From: Podarcis tiliguerta | Taxonomy: Eukaryota | Length of the DNA: 64,000 nucleotides | Direction: 5' to 3' (one strand) | Assembly: GCA_965153285.1 (NCBI GenBank) | Contig: OZ229114.1 | In this document: positions 1-12,530 of the stretch, piece by piece | How positions within the stretch are numbered: position 1 is the first letter of the stretch | How the letters are laid out: each line of letters begins with the position of its first letter | Translations under genes and position numbers: made by a program | The notes under the pieces: generated by a model | What the model was told of the DNA's origin: nothing | The model's input: the letters and a program-made list of their open reading frames with translations, nothing else | Database searches by the model: none

Positions 1-44
1 AATTCAATGGCCGCACTGCTGGCTGGAGCAAGACAGTGCAAGAA

Positions 45-545
45 GATAACACTTTATTGTGGCACAACTGCATTGGGTACCAATTAGCCCAAGGCAACTC
101 AAAAGTGCTGGTTTGGACCTATAAAACCGTATGCCACTGAGGAACCCCAATAGCTCAAGGGCCACCTCTCCCTACATGAACCATATCAGATTCTGTGGTC
201 ATTATCTGAGACCCTTCTGCCCATGCCTCGTTTGAAGGAGGAGGCATGAGAACGGGCCTTTTCAGTGGTGACTCCTTGCTTGTGGAATGCTCTCCCAAGG
301 GAAGCACACAGGGTGCCATCTTTAGTTTCAGCCACCAGGCAAAACATTTCTTTTAAACCAGGCCCTCAACCCCTAAGTTGGAGGGTTTTAGATATCTGTG
401 GCCTCTTACTTGGATGGGATGTATGTGATTCTAGGTTTTTATTCTGTTCTAGTTTCTTATAACTGGTTTTAATGCTTATACTATTTTGTACATCACCTTG
501 GGCCACTTTTTTTGTGAAAAAGTGACTCATAAATACAATTAATAA
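45..545 (+). mobile_element. L2-clade LINE 3' remnant
   Basis: Degenerate L2 ORF2 3'-end motif (gccttttcagtggtgactccttgcttgtggaatgctctccc = RAFSVxxPxLWNALP) followed by an AT-rich tail. Confidence 0.6.
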
Positions 546-1409
546 TAATCATTAGATGCCGATGATGGAATCATAGCTCAACCAATCCTGAATGCTCAGG
601 CCAATATACTTAGGGCAAATATACTTAGGGCAGGGCAAGCAGCACATGAATTATTATGTAATACAATTAATTGCCACCCTTCCTTCGGTGAGCTCAGAGT
701 GACTTGAGTGCTCGACACACCCATTTTATCATCACAGTAACCCATAAAAACGGGCTGATCCAAGCTCAGACAGTGAGCTTGATGACTGATCTGGGGAAGG
801 AGATTTTGAAGCAGATTTTTACGGCCAGTAATTTTGTGTCATGGTTCCCTCTGAGCACCCTTGATTCAGACCAGGAGCGGAAGGCACTTAAGGACAAGGA
901 TTCAGAAGGGGAGGAAGAGACTATGTGGCAAGGTGCAAAACTTGCTGGAACGACTTCACAGCTCCCGTGCAGTCTTTGAACCCTTGCTGCTATTCTCAGA
1001 CTCCTGAACCTTGGCGCTTGCTCTCAGACTGGATTTATTGTTGCAGCTCCTTTGCCTTGCAAGAACATCTTGACTATACCCTGCTCTTTTTCCAGCTGCT
1101 GAGTTCGTACATTTAGGCTGCTCTACTTAAAGTATACTTCTTTACGTACAAGTAAACACACCCGTTATCTGGTTCTGGGCTGGAGCCAGGACTATGAGTG
1201 CAAGAGGTATGTCAAAACTTGAAAATACAAATGCCTTCTCTTAAACCTCTCCAAGCTAAACGCACAACACTTCCAACCATTCTACATGGGGCTTGGCTTC
1301 CAGATCTCCAACGTGCCCTCATTTACTCACACTCCGGTTTGTCAAGAGTCCTGCCCATCAATGACTTGTGCACCCAACTCTGCCCACCCTTTGGTGGCTG
1401 TGCTCTCAC

Positions 1410-1562
1410 CTGATTGGTTGTGGCTTGCTGCTCGCCTTGTGCTGCTGCCGTTATAATGAAGCACCTTCTGTAAGACTCCCAAGTTGCTCGTGGCCTGGTG
1501 AATATCGTTCTGCAGATCTTCCAGCAGGGCTTCGTGGCTTTCTTGGGCTTCTGCGATATCTC
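1410..1562 (-). CDS. MMRN2: Multimerin-2 coding exon 5 (the gene continues beyond the window start)
   Basis: Acceptor ...gggatcag|GA, donor G|gtgaga; 153 nt, phase 1-1; (R)DIAEAQESHEALLEDLQNDIHQATSNLGVLQKVL resembles MMRN2 QEHLLGDLQNDVHRVADSL. Confidence 0.9.
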
Positions 1563-1781
1563 CTGATCCCAAAAACAATGGGGAGAAACAAATGAAACCA
1601 TTTACAACGTACCTCAGCCTGGAAGGTAGCATTACTTGGAGGAAAGCATTAGAAAACACTGCAGAGCACCCTTGCACACAGCTAACAGCTGCCTGCTCCA
1701 CTCTGCCCCCTGCCCCACCCCCAGCCCTATAGACCAGGGAAAATGTCAGGGAGAACCATTACAACACCCATTGTTCAAGTA

Positions 1782-2028
1782 CAGTGGTACCTCGGGTTGC
1801 GGACGGGATCCGTTCCGGAGCCGCGTTCGCAATCTGAGCAGAATGCAAACCGCGCCTGTGCGCCCGCGGATTGTGATTCGCCGCTTCTGCGCATGCGCGT
1901 GACGTCATTTTGAGCGTCTGCGCATGCGCGAGTGGCGAAACCCGGAAGTAACCCGTTACTTCCGGGTCATCGTGGTATGTATCCTGAAAGAATGTAACCT
2001 GAACCTAATGTAACAAGACGTATGACTA
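1782..2028. mobile_element. Tc/mariner (Tigger-like) MITE with a degenerate right end
   Basis: TA|CAGTGGTACCTCGGGTT left TIR, shared with the copies at 10480 and 61963; CpG-rich palindromic interior. Confidence 0.65.
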
Positions 2029-2169
2029 ACTTAAGGGAGATTTGGGCCATTAGTTTCTCATCCATTTGCAAAGCTCTGTTAGGCTGCAACCCTATGCTTA
2101 CTTACCTAGGAGTAAGTCTCACTGAACTCAGTGAAGTTAACTTCTAAGTAAGACACACATGATTGCACT

Positions 2170-2170
<1 letters not shown>

Positions 2171-2213
<43 letters not shown>
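2171..2213. repeat. (TTA)n microsatellite
   Basis: Direct reading. Confidence 0.95.
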
Positions 2214-2217
<4 letters not shown>

Positions 2218-2251
2218 CAGCTATGCTTTGCTTGAATAGACCAACACCATA

Positions 2252-2610
2252 TAAAGGTAGAGGTACCCCTGCCCGTACGGGCCAGTCTTGACAGACTCTA
2301 GGGTTGTGCGCCCATCTCACTCAAGAGGCCGGGGGCCAGTGCTGTCCGGAGACACTTCCAGGTCACGTGGCCAGCGTGACATCACTGCTCTGGAGAGCCA
2401 GAGCCGCACACGGAAACGCCGTTTACCTTCCCGCTAGTAAACAGTCCCTATTTATCTACTTGCACCTGGGGGTGCTTTCGAACTGCTAGGTTGGCAGGCG
2501 CTGGGACCGAGCAATGGGAGCGCACCCCGCTGCGGGGATTCGAACCGCTGACCATGCGATCGGCAAGTCCTAGGCGCTGAGGTTTTACCCACAGCGCCAC
2601 CCGTGTCCCC
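2252..2610 (-). mobile_element. Sauria SINE (Squam1), young copy
   Basis: tRNA-like head and (ACCTTT)-type tail on the minus strand; perfect 15-bp TSD tagaccaacaccata at 2237-2251 and 2611-2625. Confidence 0.9.
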
Positions 2611-2731
2611 TAGACCAACACCATACAATGCAAAAATATTCTGTCCTATGAAGAAATGTCATGCAGACGGATAAATGGTTTAAGGGATGCATTATTCTAA
2701 TGGTGAAACAATATATTGAATTAAAACGTAC

Positions 2732-2806
2732 TCTGGCTGGAGAACTCTTCTCGTTCTTCCTCCCAGCTTTCCGGCTGATTGGTGGACACCGGAAGAAAAT
2801 TAGGAT
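2732..2806 (-). CDS. MMRN2: Multimerin-2 coding exon 4
   Basis: Acceptor tttgcag|AT, donor A|gtacgt; 75 nt, phase 1-1; (D)PNFLPVSTNQPESWEEEREEFSSQ keeps frame between exons 3 and 5 and matches the position of the short linker exon in MMRN2. Confidence 0.75.
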
Positions 2807-3455
2807 CTGCAAATTAAATTTGCCAAGTCAGTGATTTTCTTATTGCAGTTCAGGACTGTGGGGGAGGGTCTTCTTTTCATTTAGGTAGAGTCTGGATTCA
2901 TAAAGCATCCCTAACATTAATCTCTTGCTTCCAGACATGCTGGTGAATTGGAATTATAGCACCTAATATATAACTAAACATAATTACCATTGGTATAGTA
3001 CTTTATGAGTATTCAGAGCACTTCACAATCATTCTGAGAATCCTTACGACAGCCCTGTAAGGTTGGCCAATATTATCCCCATATTGCAGCAGTTGGGGCA
3101 GAGTGAGACCAAAGCACATAGGCTAAGGTCAATGCAATAAAATAAAAATAAAATAAAATAGGAACTTTACCAACTTCTCCAACCTCTGCCAATCTCATCC
3201 CCCTACTCTACCAGAAGAAGACAAAAATGCAAAAAGAAAAGTGCGTATGAAAATGCACATATTTTGTGGGGAAATCACATAAAAATACGCATTCTATCAG
3301 GGGTAATGGCTTGAAAACATGTATATTAGTCAACATAAAATGTGTTTATTAGGAGAAATTTGCACCAAATGCTGATAATTTTTATTATTTTTCTTGCTAA
3401 CACCACCAACAAAACTGAATTTGAAAAATGGAAAAAAACCAAAATGGGTAATACT

Positions 3456-3791
3456 AGCCTGGTAAAGAGGAGACTGAGAGGAGATATGATAGCCATCTTC
3501 AAATATCTAAAGGGCTGCCACATGGAACATGGAGCAAGCTTGCTTTCTCCTGCCCTGGAGGGTAGGACTCGAACCAATGGCTTCGAGTTACAAGAAAGGA
3601 GATTGTGACTAAACATTAGGAAGAACTTTCTGGTGGTAAGAGACTCCTTTGGGAAGTAGTAGACTCTCCTTCCTCGGAGGTCTTTAAGCAGAGGCTGGAT
3701 GGCCACCTGTCATGGATGATCTAGTTGAGATTCCTGCATTGCAGGGGGTTGGACTAGATGACCCTTGGGGTCCCTTCCAATTTTATGATTC
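3456..3791 (+). mobile_element. CR1 LINE 3' fragment
   Basis: SLVKRRLRGDMIAIFKYLKG (CR1 ORF2 C-terminus) plus the ggttggactagatgacc...ttccaa...atgattct 3' tail. Confidence 0.9.
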
Positions 3792-3924
3792 TCTGCCCAT
3801 CCCTTTCCTTCTCCCATCTGAACAAGACTCACTGCTGTTACCTTTGCAGTGCAGCAAGGAGCAGACTGCACTGCAGTGACTTCCACATTGCAAGGGGGGG
3901 TGACCCAAGGGGCCTTGGGATAAA

Positions 3925-4310
3925 AAAGGTAAAAACCGTCCAGGGGTCCTTTACCTAAGTCCAGTCAAAGGTGACTATGGGGTTGTGGTGCTCATCTCAC
4001 TTTCAGGCCAAGGGAGCCAGCGTTTGTCCACAGACAGCTTTTCTGGGTCATGTGGCCAGCATGACCAAACTGCTTCTGGTGCAACGGGACACTGTGATGG
4101 AAGCCAGAGCACACGGAAACGCCATTTACCTTCCCGCCACAGTGGCACCTAATTGTCTACATGGACTAGTATGCTTTTGAATTGCTAGGTTGGCAGGAGC
4201 TGGTATAGAGCAACAGGAGCTCACCCTGTTGCAGGGATTTGAACCGCTGACCTTCTGATCGGCAAGCCCACGAGGCTCAGCGGTTTAGACCACAGCGCCA
4301 CCCGCATCCC
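3925..4310 (-). mobile_element. Sauria SINE (older copy)
   Basis: Colinear with the copy at 2252-2610, more diverged. Confidence 0.8.
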
Positions 4311-4443
4311 ACGCCGACTGAACAAGCCCAGCGCATGCCCAGCACAAACTAGATGCATCCTATAAAGTGCCCCGTATATTTTATGAGATATCACTACAGC
4401 TGTGTCCAGCCTTAACATTTATTCACCTTAGGGCTTTGCTTAC

Positions 4444-4550
4444 CGTGATGTTCACAGTTCTTGCCAAAGTAGCCCGGGCAGCACTTCCAATGCAAAATGT
4501 TCTTGACTTTTTGTTTAACCTGGTAAATGGGCTTCAAAGCTGCTCTGTAC
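4444..4550 (-). CDS. MMRN2: Multimerin-2 coding exon 3 (C-terminal part of the EMI domain)
   Basis: Acceptor ctctag|G, donor G|gtaagc; 107 nt; (M)YRAALKPIYQVKQKVKNILHWKCCPGYFGKNCEHH contains the EMI WxCCPGY motif. Confidence 0.97.
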
Positions 4551-4649
4551 CTAGAGGTAGGAAAGCAAACACTTGAGAGATAGCAGGCAAACAAAATTTC
4601 AGATGATGAAATTGGGTATACTGGCTTCTTAATAGAGAAATATGCCGAC

Positions 4650-5241
4650 TGTCACAGAGCGTACCAGTTGGTAAATCAACCGCAATTCAGAATTCAATGC
4701 TTTATTAGCAAAAACATGACCACTACTGACTTAGCTGAGCGTCAGGCCTAATGAGCACTGCGATTCAGTCCCTGTCGGTCTTCTTCCATGTAAACAGTTG
4801 CTGAGACTGAAACGCCCTGCCTCCCCATAGCCATCTAAGTCCCCTCCTCTCCAGGGCTTTCCCAAAGCAATTGGAGACTGTGCCTGCATGCAATCTGTTG
4901 CTGCTCTGCCCATTTCAGCCCTCTTCTGGTTCTTGGAGATTGGAGGAGGGGAGCTTATCACAACAGGAGGGGGAGACACCCATGACTCATCTTGGCCTCC
5001 CCTCCTCCACCTCACCTGCGTCAGCTTCTACCTGCGATTCTTGACTTCTCTCTGCCACAGCCTCTCCCAGCTCACTAAGCCCTGTTGCCCCTCCAGCTTC
5101 TGACACCTCTTCCCAGTCTTGTCTTCTCCCTTTGACCCCTCACCATTGTCCCACAACTCGTCCTCGGGCTCTGATCCTTCATTTGGTAGTTCCCCAGCTG
5201 CTTCCTCCCGCCATTCCTCTGCATCCAACCAGTCCATGACA
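4650..5241 (-). mobile_element. Solo LTR (Gypsy-like)
   Basis: TGTCA...TGACA termini; 5-bp TSD ccgac/ccaac (1 mismatch); AATAAA on the minus strand near 4701; minus-strand start tgtcatggactgg resembles the 14167/60030 family. Confidence 0.7.
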
Positions 5242-5680
5242 CCAACCTAGCCTATGGTGGTGGTGGTGGGGGGGGGACTTCCATGAGAAACCTGGTAGAA
5301 AATGCCTCATCCTCGTGGGAGCTGGCATGCAGCAAAGCATAGCATTCAGGAATGCACGCAAGAGGAGAGGTCCCACTTCCGAGCTCTTTCTAGATAACTT
5401 GAACGATCTCTTTATGACTCATAGGAGTGTTGGGATATTTTTCTAGGAGCATCCTAGCAGCCTCTGCACATCAAGAGGGAAGTGCAAGTGGCTTGGGCTA
5501 AGAATCGCATCCAGCTTGCAACCTGCCCTTTCTCTGCCCTCTAGTCACCTCTAGAAGCAAATAACCTGGGCACTATAGCAATGTGAGGGGAACAGGGGTC
5601 TCCCAGTTCCAGGATATTCATAGTGCAGGCAAGGCCTTAAAGTTATCACGAAACCCCATTAAAGAGGCTGTCATCCTTAC

Positions 5681-5803
5681 ATGATCTTCTGGCAATCTGG
5701 AGTCCCATTTGGACATGGTTGCTGAGACTTAATTATGTATTTCTCTGTCTTGCAAACAGCAATATACGTGACCAGGCGGGACTGCGGAAACGAGCACCAG
5801 TTC
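5681..5803 (-). CDS. MMRN2: Multimerin-2 coding exon 2 (N-terminal part of the EMI domain)
   Basis: Acceptor ctctag|G, donor AT|gtaagg; 123 nt, phase 2-2; NWCSFPQSRLVTYIAVCKTEKYIIKSQQPCPNGTPDCQKI matches MMRN2 NWCPYPMSKLVTLLALCKTEKFLIHSQQPCPQGAPDCQK. Confidence 0.97.
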
Positions 5804-5884
5804 CTAGAGGAGAAGAGAGAAATGCAGGCAGGAATTGTGAGAACAGCTACCATTGGCAACATGCTATATCAGGCAAACATAACA

Positions 5885-6575
5885 GTTTTTATTAAAGATT
5901 GTATTGTGCAACAAACAAAGGAAAGTACATATATCACCTTCACAGATTCTCATTCACAATTTGTTTACATTTGGTATGAGACATTGTTGTCATAGGCATT
6001 ATATAATTGGGGGGGGGGTGGAAAGAGGAGGGGGAGAGTGATGGGGGGTATTGATCTTTCATTCTATTGCGTAGTGCTTGTGCAGGGTTTGTCTGACAGC
6101 ATCACAGGGCTGGATATATATATATAATTTGTTGGTATTGCGAAAGATTGGGGGGTCCATTCGGCTTGGTTGGTTTGCTTGAATGTGGAGCGGGGGGGGG
6201 GGAGATTGTTGAATCAGATTAACCATATTGAGTCATATGCTGGGGTGGGGGAGTAGGTCATTGTGTTGTTGTGCTGTATTCGTAATAAAGGCTAGCCACA
6301 CCGGGCTGAAGGCATCCTCCTTTGCTTGTCCCCTTGCTAATAGGTCGGTTTCTCCTACATTTTGGTACCAGTGGTCCACATTCCCTCCACTATGTGCCTT
6401 TCATGAGTGCACAGCAGGCAGAATTTCACAGGGGGAGCTTTTCCAATCAGTGCATCATCCTTCTAACCAAATGCTTCCTCCTCTGGTTTCTGTCTCCCGT
6501 GTGTCGTGGCAAAAAATCCTCTCTTCAAAGGCACTGTTAAAGTCACAAAACCCCTGTCCTGGTTTGCTTCTGGTT
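5885..6575 (-). mobile_element. Probable L1-clade LINE 3' remnant
   Basis: Degenerate minus-strand coding-like stretch ending in a 3' UTR with aataaa and an A-rich end; family assigned by pattern only. Confidence 0.4.
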
Positions 6576-6580
6576 ACCCT

Positions 6581-6835
6581 GCGCCAGTGTGGTGTAGTGG
6601 GGTTAAGAGCGGTAGACTCGTGATCTGGGGAACCGGGTTTGTGTTTCCGCTCCTCCACATGCAGCTGCTGGGTGACCTTGGGCCAGTCACACTTCTCTGA
6701 AGTCTCTCAGCCTCACTCACCTCACAGAGTGTTTGTTGTGGGGGAGGAAGGGAAAGGAGATTGTTAGCTGCTTTGAGACTCCTTAGGGTAGTGATAAAGC
6801 AGGATATCAAATCCAAACTCCTCCTCTCCTCTTCT
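6581..6835 (+). mobile_element. Squam3-type tRNA-derived SINE
   Basis: gcgccagtgtggtgtagtgg A-box head, ctgggtgaccttggg core and (CTC/CTT) tail; near-identical to 46412-46686. Confidence 0.8.
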
Positions 6836-7639
6836 ATCCACAGGTCAGCCTTTCAAAACCTGGTGCGCTTCAGAAGTTCTGGACTCCAACTCCCATCATC
6901 CCCAACCAGCATGGTTTAATGGTCAGGAATGATGGGAGTTGTAGTTCAACAACATCTGGAGTTGGTGAAGACTGCGTTGTGATCTGGTCCCAAAGCTCAC
7001 CTTCTTGAAACTAACAGTTGGCAGACTATGCTTTGGCGTTTTTACAAACATGGAAAAGGCTGCCCTTTGCCTGTGCAATGTTGCAAAATGCTGTTTGCTG
7101 AGGGGCCTCCCATCTTGTTGCACATAGAACTGTGCTGGCACGCAGGTTGCGAATGAGCTCTCTTGAGAAACGACATTGTGCTGATATAAATATCCCTCTC
7201 TCTCCCGAGAAGTACGCAGGCCAGCAGACAACAACACAAAACGTAACGTTTCCACACAATGCCACCAGCGCCATGCAGGCAATTCAGAAAGGTCAGGAGA
7301 CCTTTCCCCTCAGCTGTTGTAGTCAGATTTGCATTGAAACTGGGCGGCTTTCTGTTGGCGTGGAGAGAGCTCACACCTACGAAATAATGGCTGGACTTAG
7401 CTGCAGTTTTATATCTTCCAGTGGGAACTGATCTCTGATAATCGCCATACATGGGAAAGTTTTTGCTGTAAGGCAGAGTGGCAGAAACAATGGGAAAGTG
7501 CGTAAAGCAGGAGAACGGAGGCTGAGGTCACTACTTGCAGGAGCGGGAACTTAGCAACCAGTACACCGAGGCAGGAAACCAAGGAAAGCAAGCCCTGAAA
7601 ACAAGGGTCGCAATCCAGCCAAAAGTGAAGCACATTTAA

Positions 7640-8145
7640 AAGTACTTTCTTCCCAAAAAACCCAGAGTCCTTTCTTTTGGGGATAATTCAGACTGAAATT
7701 CCCAGGCGTCAGAAAAGGTTGTTTATGTATGCTACAACTGCGGCCTGTGTTTTGTTAGCCCCAAAATGGAAAACGAGTGAGGTCCCAACCAAAGAAGAAT
7801 GGCAACTTAAGTTGACAGAATATGCTCAACTTGCAGACTTAACACACAGAGTAAGAGAACAAGAAGAGCGTACGTTTAGAGAAAATTGGAAAATGTTTAT
7901 TGAATATATGGGAAATAATTGTGCACAGCTGAAAACTCTGGCTGCATTAAGATGAGTTCAACAGTGTAAATAAGTTTTGATGGATGCAATAATGGAATAC
8001 TGAATGGTATAGTTTTTGTAAAATGTGCAGGGATTTATGATATGTAAAATGAACCACGGAAAGAGAAGGGAAGTCATTGATATCTTAAGGATGTAAAATG
8101 AGTATTTTAAACTGTAAAACAGAATTTTTAATAAATTTAATAAAT
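7640..8145 (+). mobile_element. L1-clade LINE 3' end
   Basis: ORF 7677-7955 (LFMYATTAACVLLAPKWK...PTKEEW...NWKMFIEY) resembles the C-terminus of non-mammalian L1 ORF2; followed by a 3' UTR with repeated aataaa. Confidence 0.75.

Positions 8146-8196
<51 letters not shown>
8146..8196. repeat. (CA)n(GA)n compound microsatellite
   Basis: Direct reading. Confidence 0.95.
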
Positions 8197-8197
<1 letters not shown>

Positions 8198-8689
8198 CAA
8201 GTGGTAACACAGGAAAGGGTCTTCTTTGTGGTGGCACTTTGGTTGTGGAATGTGCTCCCCAGAAAGGTTTGCCTGGCACCTGCATTATTTTATTCATTAT
8301 TTTATTATTAGTTACTAAATGTGTACAGAGCCCTTCATCTGTAGATCTCAGGGTGGTTCACAGCATAAAAACACAAGGTAAAAACGCAAAACACATGATG
8401 AAAACAAGAATAATAGCAAAGCAAAACAATGCCCCCCCCCCACAAACATAGAAGGACATAGGATGTTTGTCAGCCCAAAGCCTGATTGAAGAGAAACGTT
8501 TCAGTCTGGCACCTGAAAGTGTATACTGAAGGCGTCAGGCAAACCTCCATTTATTCACAGATTTATATGAGTCCTGATTTATCCTACAGTCATAGGGCAG
8601 TATACAGAAGCAAAAGGAGTACAAACTTAAGGAAAACTATACCAAATTGATTTTAAGACCTTATAAAACAACAGTACATCAAGGGGAAA

Positions 8690-10080
8690 CTCATAACATT
8701 GATCCTAACCCTCCAGGTTAGAATAAACAAACACAATTGTATATAACAAAAAGTAAGATTATATGTATTGGGAAAATTTTGGGGGGAAACACACAGGGTA
8801 ATCTGGAAATAAAACAAAATGGGAATATGAGGGAAGTCCAGGGGAGGAGGGGGGGGGGAATATGGAAAATTGTTAGAGAAATATTGTTAGTGGGTGTATA
8901 CATGGAAAACCCAAATACACACACACACACATACACCCTCCTTGCTCCACTTCCATAGACTTGGTGGAAGAGGTACATATTTTCCTTTTGTCTAAAAGAA
9001 TGAATTGGGCCAGGAGACTTTCATAGACATGGAGCCACCACAGAAAAGTCCCTTTCCCAGGGACCCACACCTCATATCTCATCCAACACGTGGACCATTA
9101 TGAGGTCTTCCTTTGCTGATCTAGGGAGATGGGGAGGTAGATAGGGGAGAAGATGCTCTCTCAAGTTCTTGAGTTTGAGGTTTTCTATGGCTTTAAATGC
9201 GTGTGAGATACAGGATTGGCGGTGGACTCCGTTTTGTCCTTTGCCTTGGGCAGCCCGAGGGGTGATGGTTTCATGGGGTTTCTCTACTACGAAAGTGTAG
9301 TTGGATGAGATCACCCATTTTATGACACCGTCTCCTAATGGGAAACGTTCTCATTAGACCAAAGTCCAAAGGCGCCAATTCAGAAGCATTACGGGAAGCC
9401 GAGGTCAGAAGATGGCAGGCTGAAAATGGATTTTTGATCCTCTGAGATGTTTCCAAGACTTTCCCTGCACTAGATTAATGCAATGATAAAATGTTTTCTC
9501 TCTTCTGAAAGCATCTTTTGTTCCTACTTAATTCACATTATCGCCACCGCAACAGAAGAGGTACAGCCAATTCAGAAAGTGGTTTGCATTTTGGTTTCGT
9601 CTTTACGCGAAGGGATCGTCCGCTGTAGTAACTGCAGCTTAGATTTCAGATTTCCCTTACATTAGCTACCCTGTGCAGGCAAGTCCAAAGCCATTGTCTA
9701 GAATAATTGAACAACTCCATGTTTCCTTCTAAACCACTGTCATCAGAGCTTGTTCTTTCTATGACTTGGCTGAAACCATCCCTTCAGGGATCACACCAAT
9801 CAATGATGCCCCTTTGCCAAATCAACATAAATCTCAAAGGGCCAAATAATCTTAGCTTTGGAANNNNNNNNNNNNNNNNNNNNNNNNNNNNNNNNNNNNN
9901 NNNNNNNNNNNNNNNNNNNNNNNNNNNNNNNNNNNNNNNNNNNNNNNNNNNNNNNNNNNNNNNNNNNNNNNNNNNNNNNNNNNNNNNNNNNNNNNNNNNN
10001 NNNNTATGTTTTCGTCCAAAAGACAGGGGCTACTTCTGGAGAAAAACTGCTACACTTTGGCAGATCCTGTAGACAATCTG
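8690..10080 (-). mobile_element. Degenerate L1-clade LINE ORF2 fragment spanning an assembly gap
   Basis: Frameshifted minus-strand remnants (e.g. GKGTFLWW, similar to the L1 C-terminal Cys-rich region). Confidence 0.5.
9864..10004. other. Assembly gap (N run of about 140 bp)
   Basis: Direct reading. Confidence 0.99.
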
Positions 10081-10479
10081 TTACCAAGCCAAGTTCAAGG
10101 TTTCAGAACAAACATATAAGGACCAGGTTGCTTATCCCTTACATATGTTCTGCAAGAGAATTTCTCCTCAGTGTCCCCCAAATTTCCACAGCAACTCAGA
10201 GCTGGGCTTTTAGTGTGGCTACCCCTGTTTCATGCAATGTTATACCTGCCGATACCCCATGGAATGGCAGCAGTTTGGCTTTTCTTCTCAAGTTCTCCCT
10301 TGTCTGTCTCCAGGTGGAGATGATTTCCGCCTACTCCAGGAGTAAGGAACCCCACGGCCTATAAACTGGATCAGGCCCACAGAGCTATTTCAAGTGGCCC
10401 ACCATTCCCTGAACCCATTGCTATTTTTCTAGAAAGAGGTGCCAGAACTCACCATGAACACCGCCCTTTTTCTCTTATA

Positions 10480-10714
10480 CAGTGGTACCTCGGGTTACAT
10501 CCGCTTCAGGTTACATACGCTTCAGGTTACAGACTCCGCTAAATAGTGCTTCAGGTTAAGAACTTTGCTTCAGGATAAGAACAAAAATCGGGCTCCGGCA
10601 GCATGGCGGCAACGGGAGGCCCCATTAGCTAAAGTGGTGCTTCAGGTTAAGAACAGTTTCAGGTTAAGTACGGACCTCTGGAACAAATTAAGTACTTAAC
10701 CCGAGGTACCACTG
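10480..10714. mobile_element. Tigger-like Tc/mariner MITE, complete
   Basis: TA|CAGTGGTACCTCGGGTTA ... TAACCCGAGGTACCACTG|TA; perfect TIRs and TA TSD. Confidence 0.9.
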
Positions 10715-11533
10715 TAATGGCGAAGCCCACCTGAAAGGTGCAGGAACTGAGTTCTGGCTGAAAAAAGCCATGCCTCAATTGCACCCCACCCCTCACCCCA
10801 TCACAGCATTGGGCCTTATTCTGACTTGTAGTCATTCCCTGCTGAAGTTCAAGGGACTCAATGCCAGATGGGTTTTCTTCCTCTAAATGTTGCAAGATTT
10901 TTAAAAAATAACAACAGACAGATAGATTACATAGATCACAGTGTCTGTGGTGTGTTTTTTTTCTACCTGAGACAGGGGTGGGGTTTGTTTGGTTTGGTTT
11001 TTTTTTAGCACTTTTGGTGCAAACTTGACGGTTTGAAAAAGGGGCCTGATTAGAACTACAAATGTTTTCCGGTACAACCAAGCAAAGCAAACAAGCAATT
11101 AAGCCTGAGCATTGTTCTGGCTTCCCTAGAAGGAGAGCAGTGGGGATTTTCGCACTGCTTTTATCTGCTTCCAGCACTTAGGAGAGTTCCTGCGGCCCCC
11201 CATTTATCACCCAAACACGACAGTCGGAAATGAGAAGCTGCTTATATTAAAGATCTGGCCAGCCTATCGAAAGCAGGGAAGCCTGTGTGCAAGTGTGTGA
11301 TAACAACGCCGCACCTGAAATAAATCTTGCTTCATGGCTTCTTACTTCCCTCCTCAGTGACAAGCACTCATGGTCACACCAAGGTCCATTTCCTATGAGG
11401 TGACTTTATTGGAGACCTGTAGCCATTCCTAGCCTAGCTCTGCAGTTATGCAATTTTCAATATTCAAATTGAGCCCAAGGATGTGTAGGCCAACAAACAT
11501 AAAACTGAAAAACCCACTGTCAAAACCCCTATA

Positions 11534-11896
11534 AAAAGGTAAAGGACCCCTGACAGTTAAGTCCAGTCACAGACAACTCTGGGGTTGTGGCACTCATCTC
11601 GCTCTATAGGCCGAGGGAGCTGACGTTTGTCTGCAGACAGATTCCAGGTCATGTGGCCGGCATGACTAAGCCACTTCTGGCAAACCAGAGCAGTGCATTG
11701 AAACGCCATTTACCTTCCCACCGGAGCAGTACCTATTTATCTACTTGCACTTTTTGGTGTGCTTTCGAACTGCTAGGTGGGCAGGAGCTGGGACCGAATA
11801 ATGGGAGCTCACCCCGTTGCGGGGATTTGAACCACCGACCTTCCAATCGGCAAGCCCTAGGCTCTGTGGTTTAGACCACAGCGCCACCTGTGTCCC
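11534..11896 (-). mobile_element. Sauria SINE
   Basis: Perfect 14-bp TSD tcaaaacccctata at 11520-11533 and 11897-11910. Confidence 0.9.
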
Positions 11897-12159
11897 TCAA
11901 AACCCCTATAGCATTGTAATATTCCACCCCCCTCCCAAGGAATTTTACTGTACTGGGGGAGAGAAGAGAGAAAATGAAAACACATTTGTTCATGTTCTCC
12001 CTGGCCTGTCACAGCTGCAGTAGGGGACAGGCTACCAACCTGCCAATGCTAGTTTATAAAGTGGCATCAGCTATAAAAATTCAGACTCAGAACCAACTCC
12101 CCAGCTGTTTATCTCCCCTCTCCCAAGCAGGTGAGATATGCTGGTACCTCATAATCATC

Positions 12160-12530
12160 AGGGCTCATCAACCTGGGAAGGTAGCCTGTCTAGGAGAAGG
12201 AAAACTGATCCTAAACCTCCTCTGGCTTGGAGGACATCTTTGGGAGAAGAAAAGGCTGAGGAGTAAACCCCGCACAAATTCAGAGTGGATTCCCTAAAAC
12301 GGTTGGATGGTGCCTGGTACATCTCTTTCCAGCAACTCCTGCAGCCAAGCTGGTGCCAAACGTATTGCTCTGCTTTTCCTTGGACCACACCGCAGAGGCC
12401 AAGAGTGAAGTCTTGTCATCTGGGCAGCCCAGGACCTCCATCCACACTGCCCAAGTTTGCACCCCGGAGAGGTCACTTTGGTGCTACTTGAAATCACCTC
12501 CATTGTCTCCTGAGACAGATGGATGCCAAC
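12160..12530. mobile_element. Unclassified retroposon remnant
   Basis: The right end (ctccattgtctcctgagacagatggatgccaac) is approximately the reverse complement of 54612-54645, so this is an interspersed repeat. Confidence 0.45.

Noticed and set aside
602-636. 15-bp tandem duplication aatatacttagggca
   Set aside because: Isolated slippage-type duplication in an intron with no evident function
837-1194. Possible solo LTR starting tgtcatgg
   Set aside because: Similar start to the other LTRs, but no clear CA end or TSD could be established
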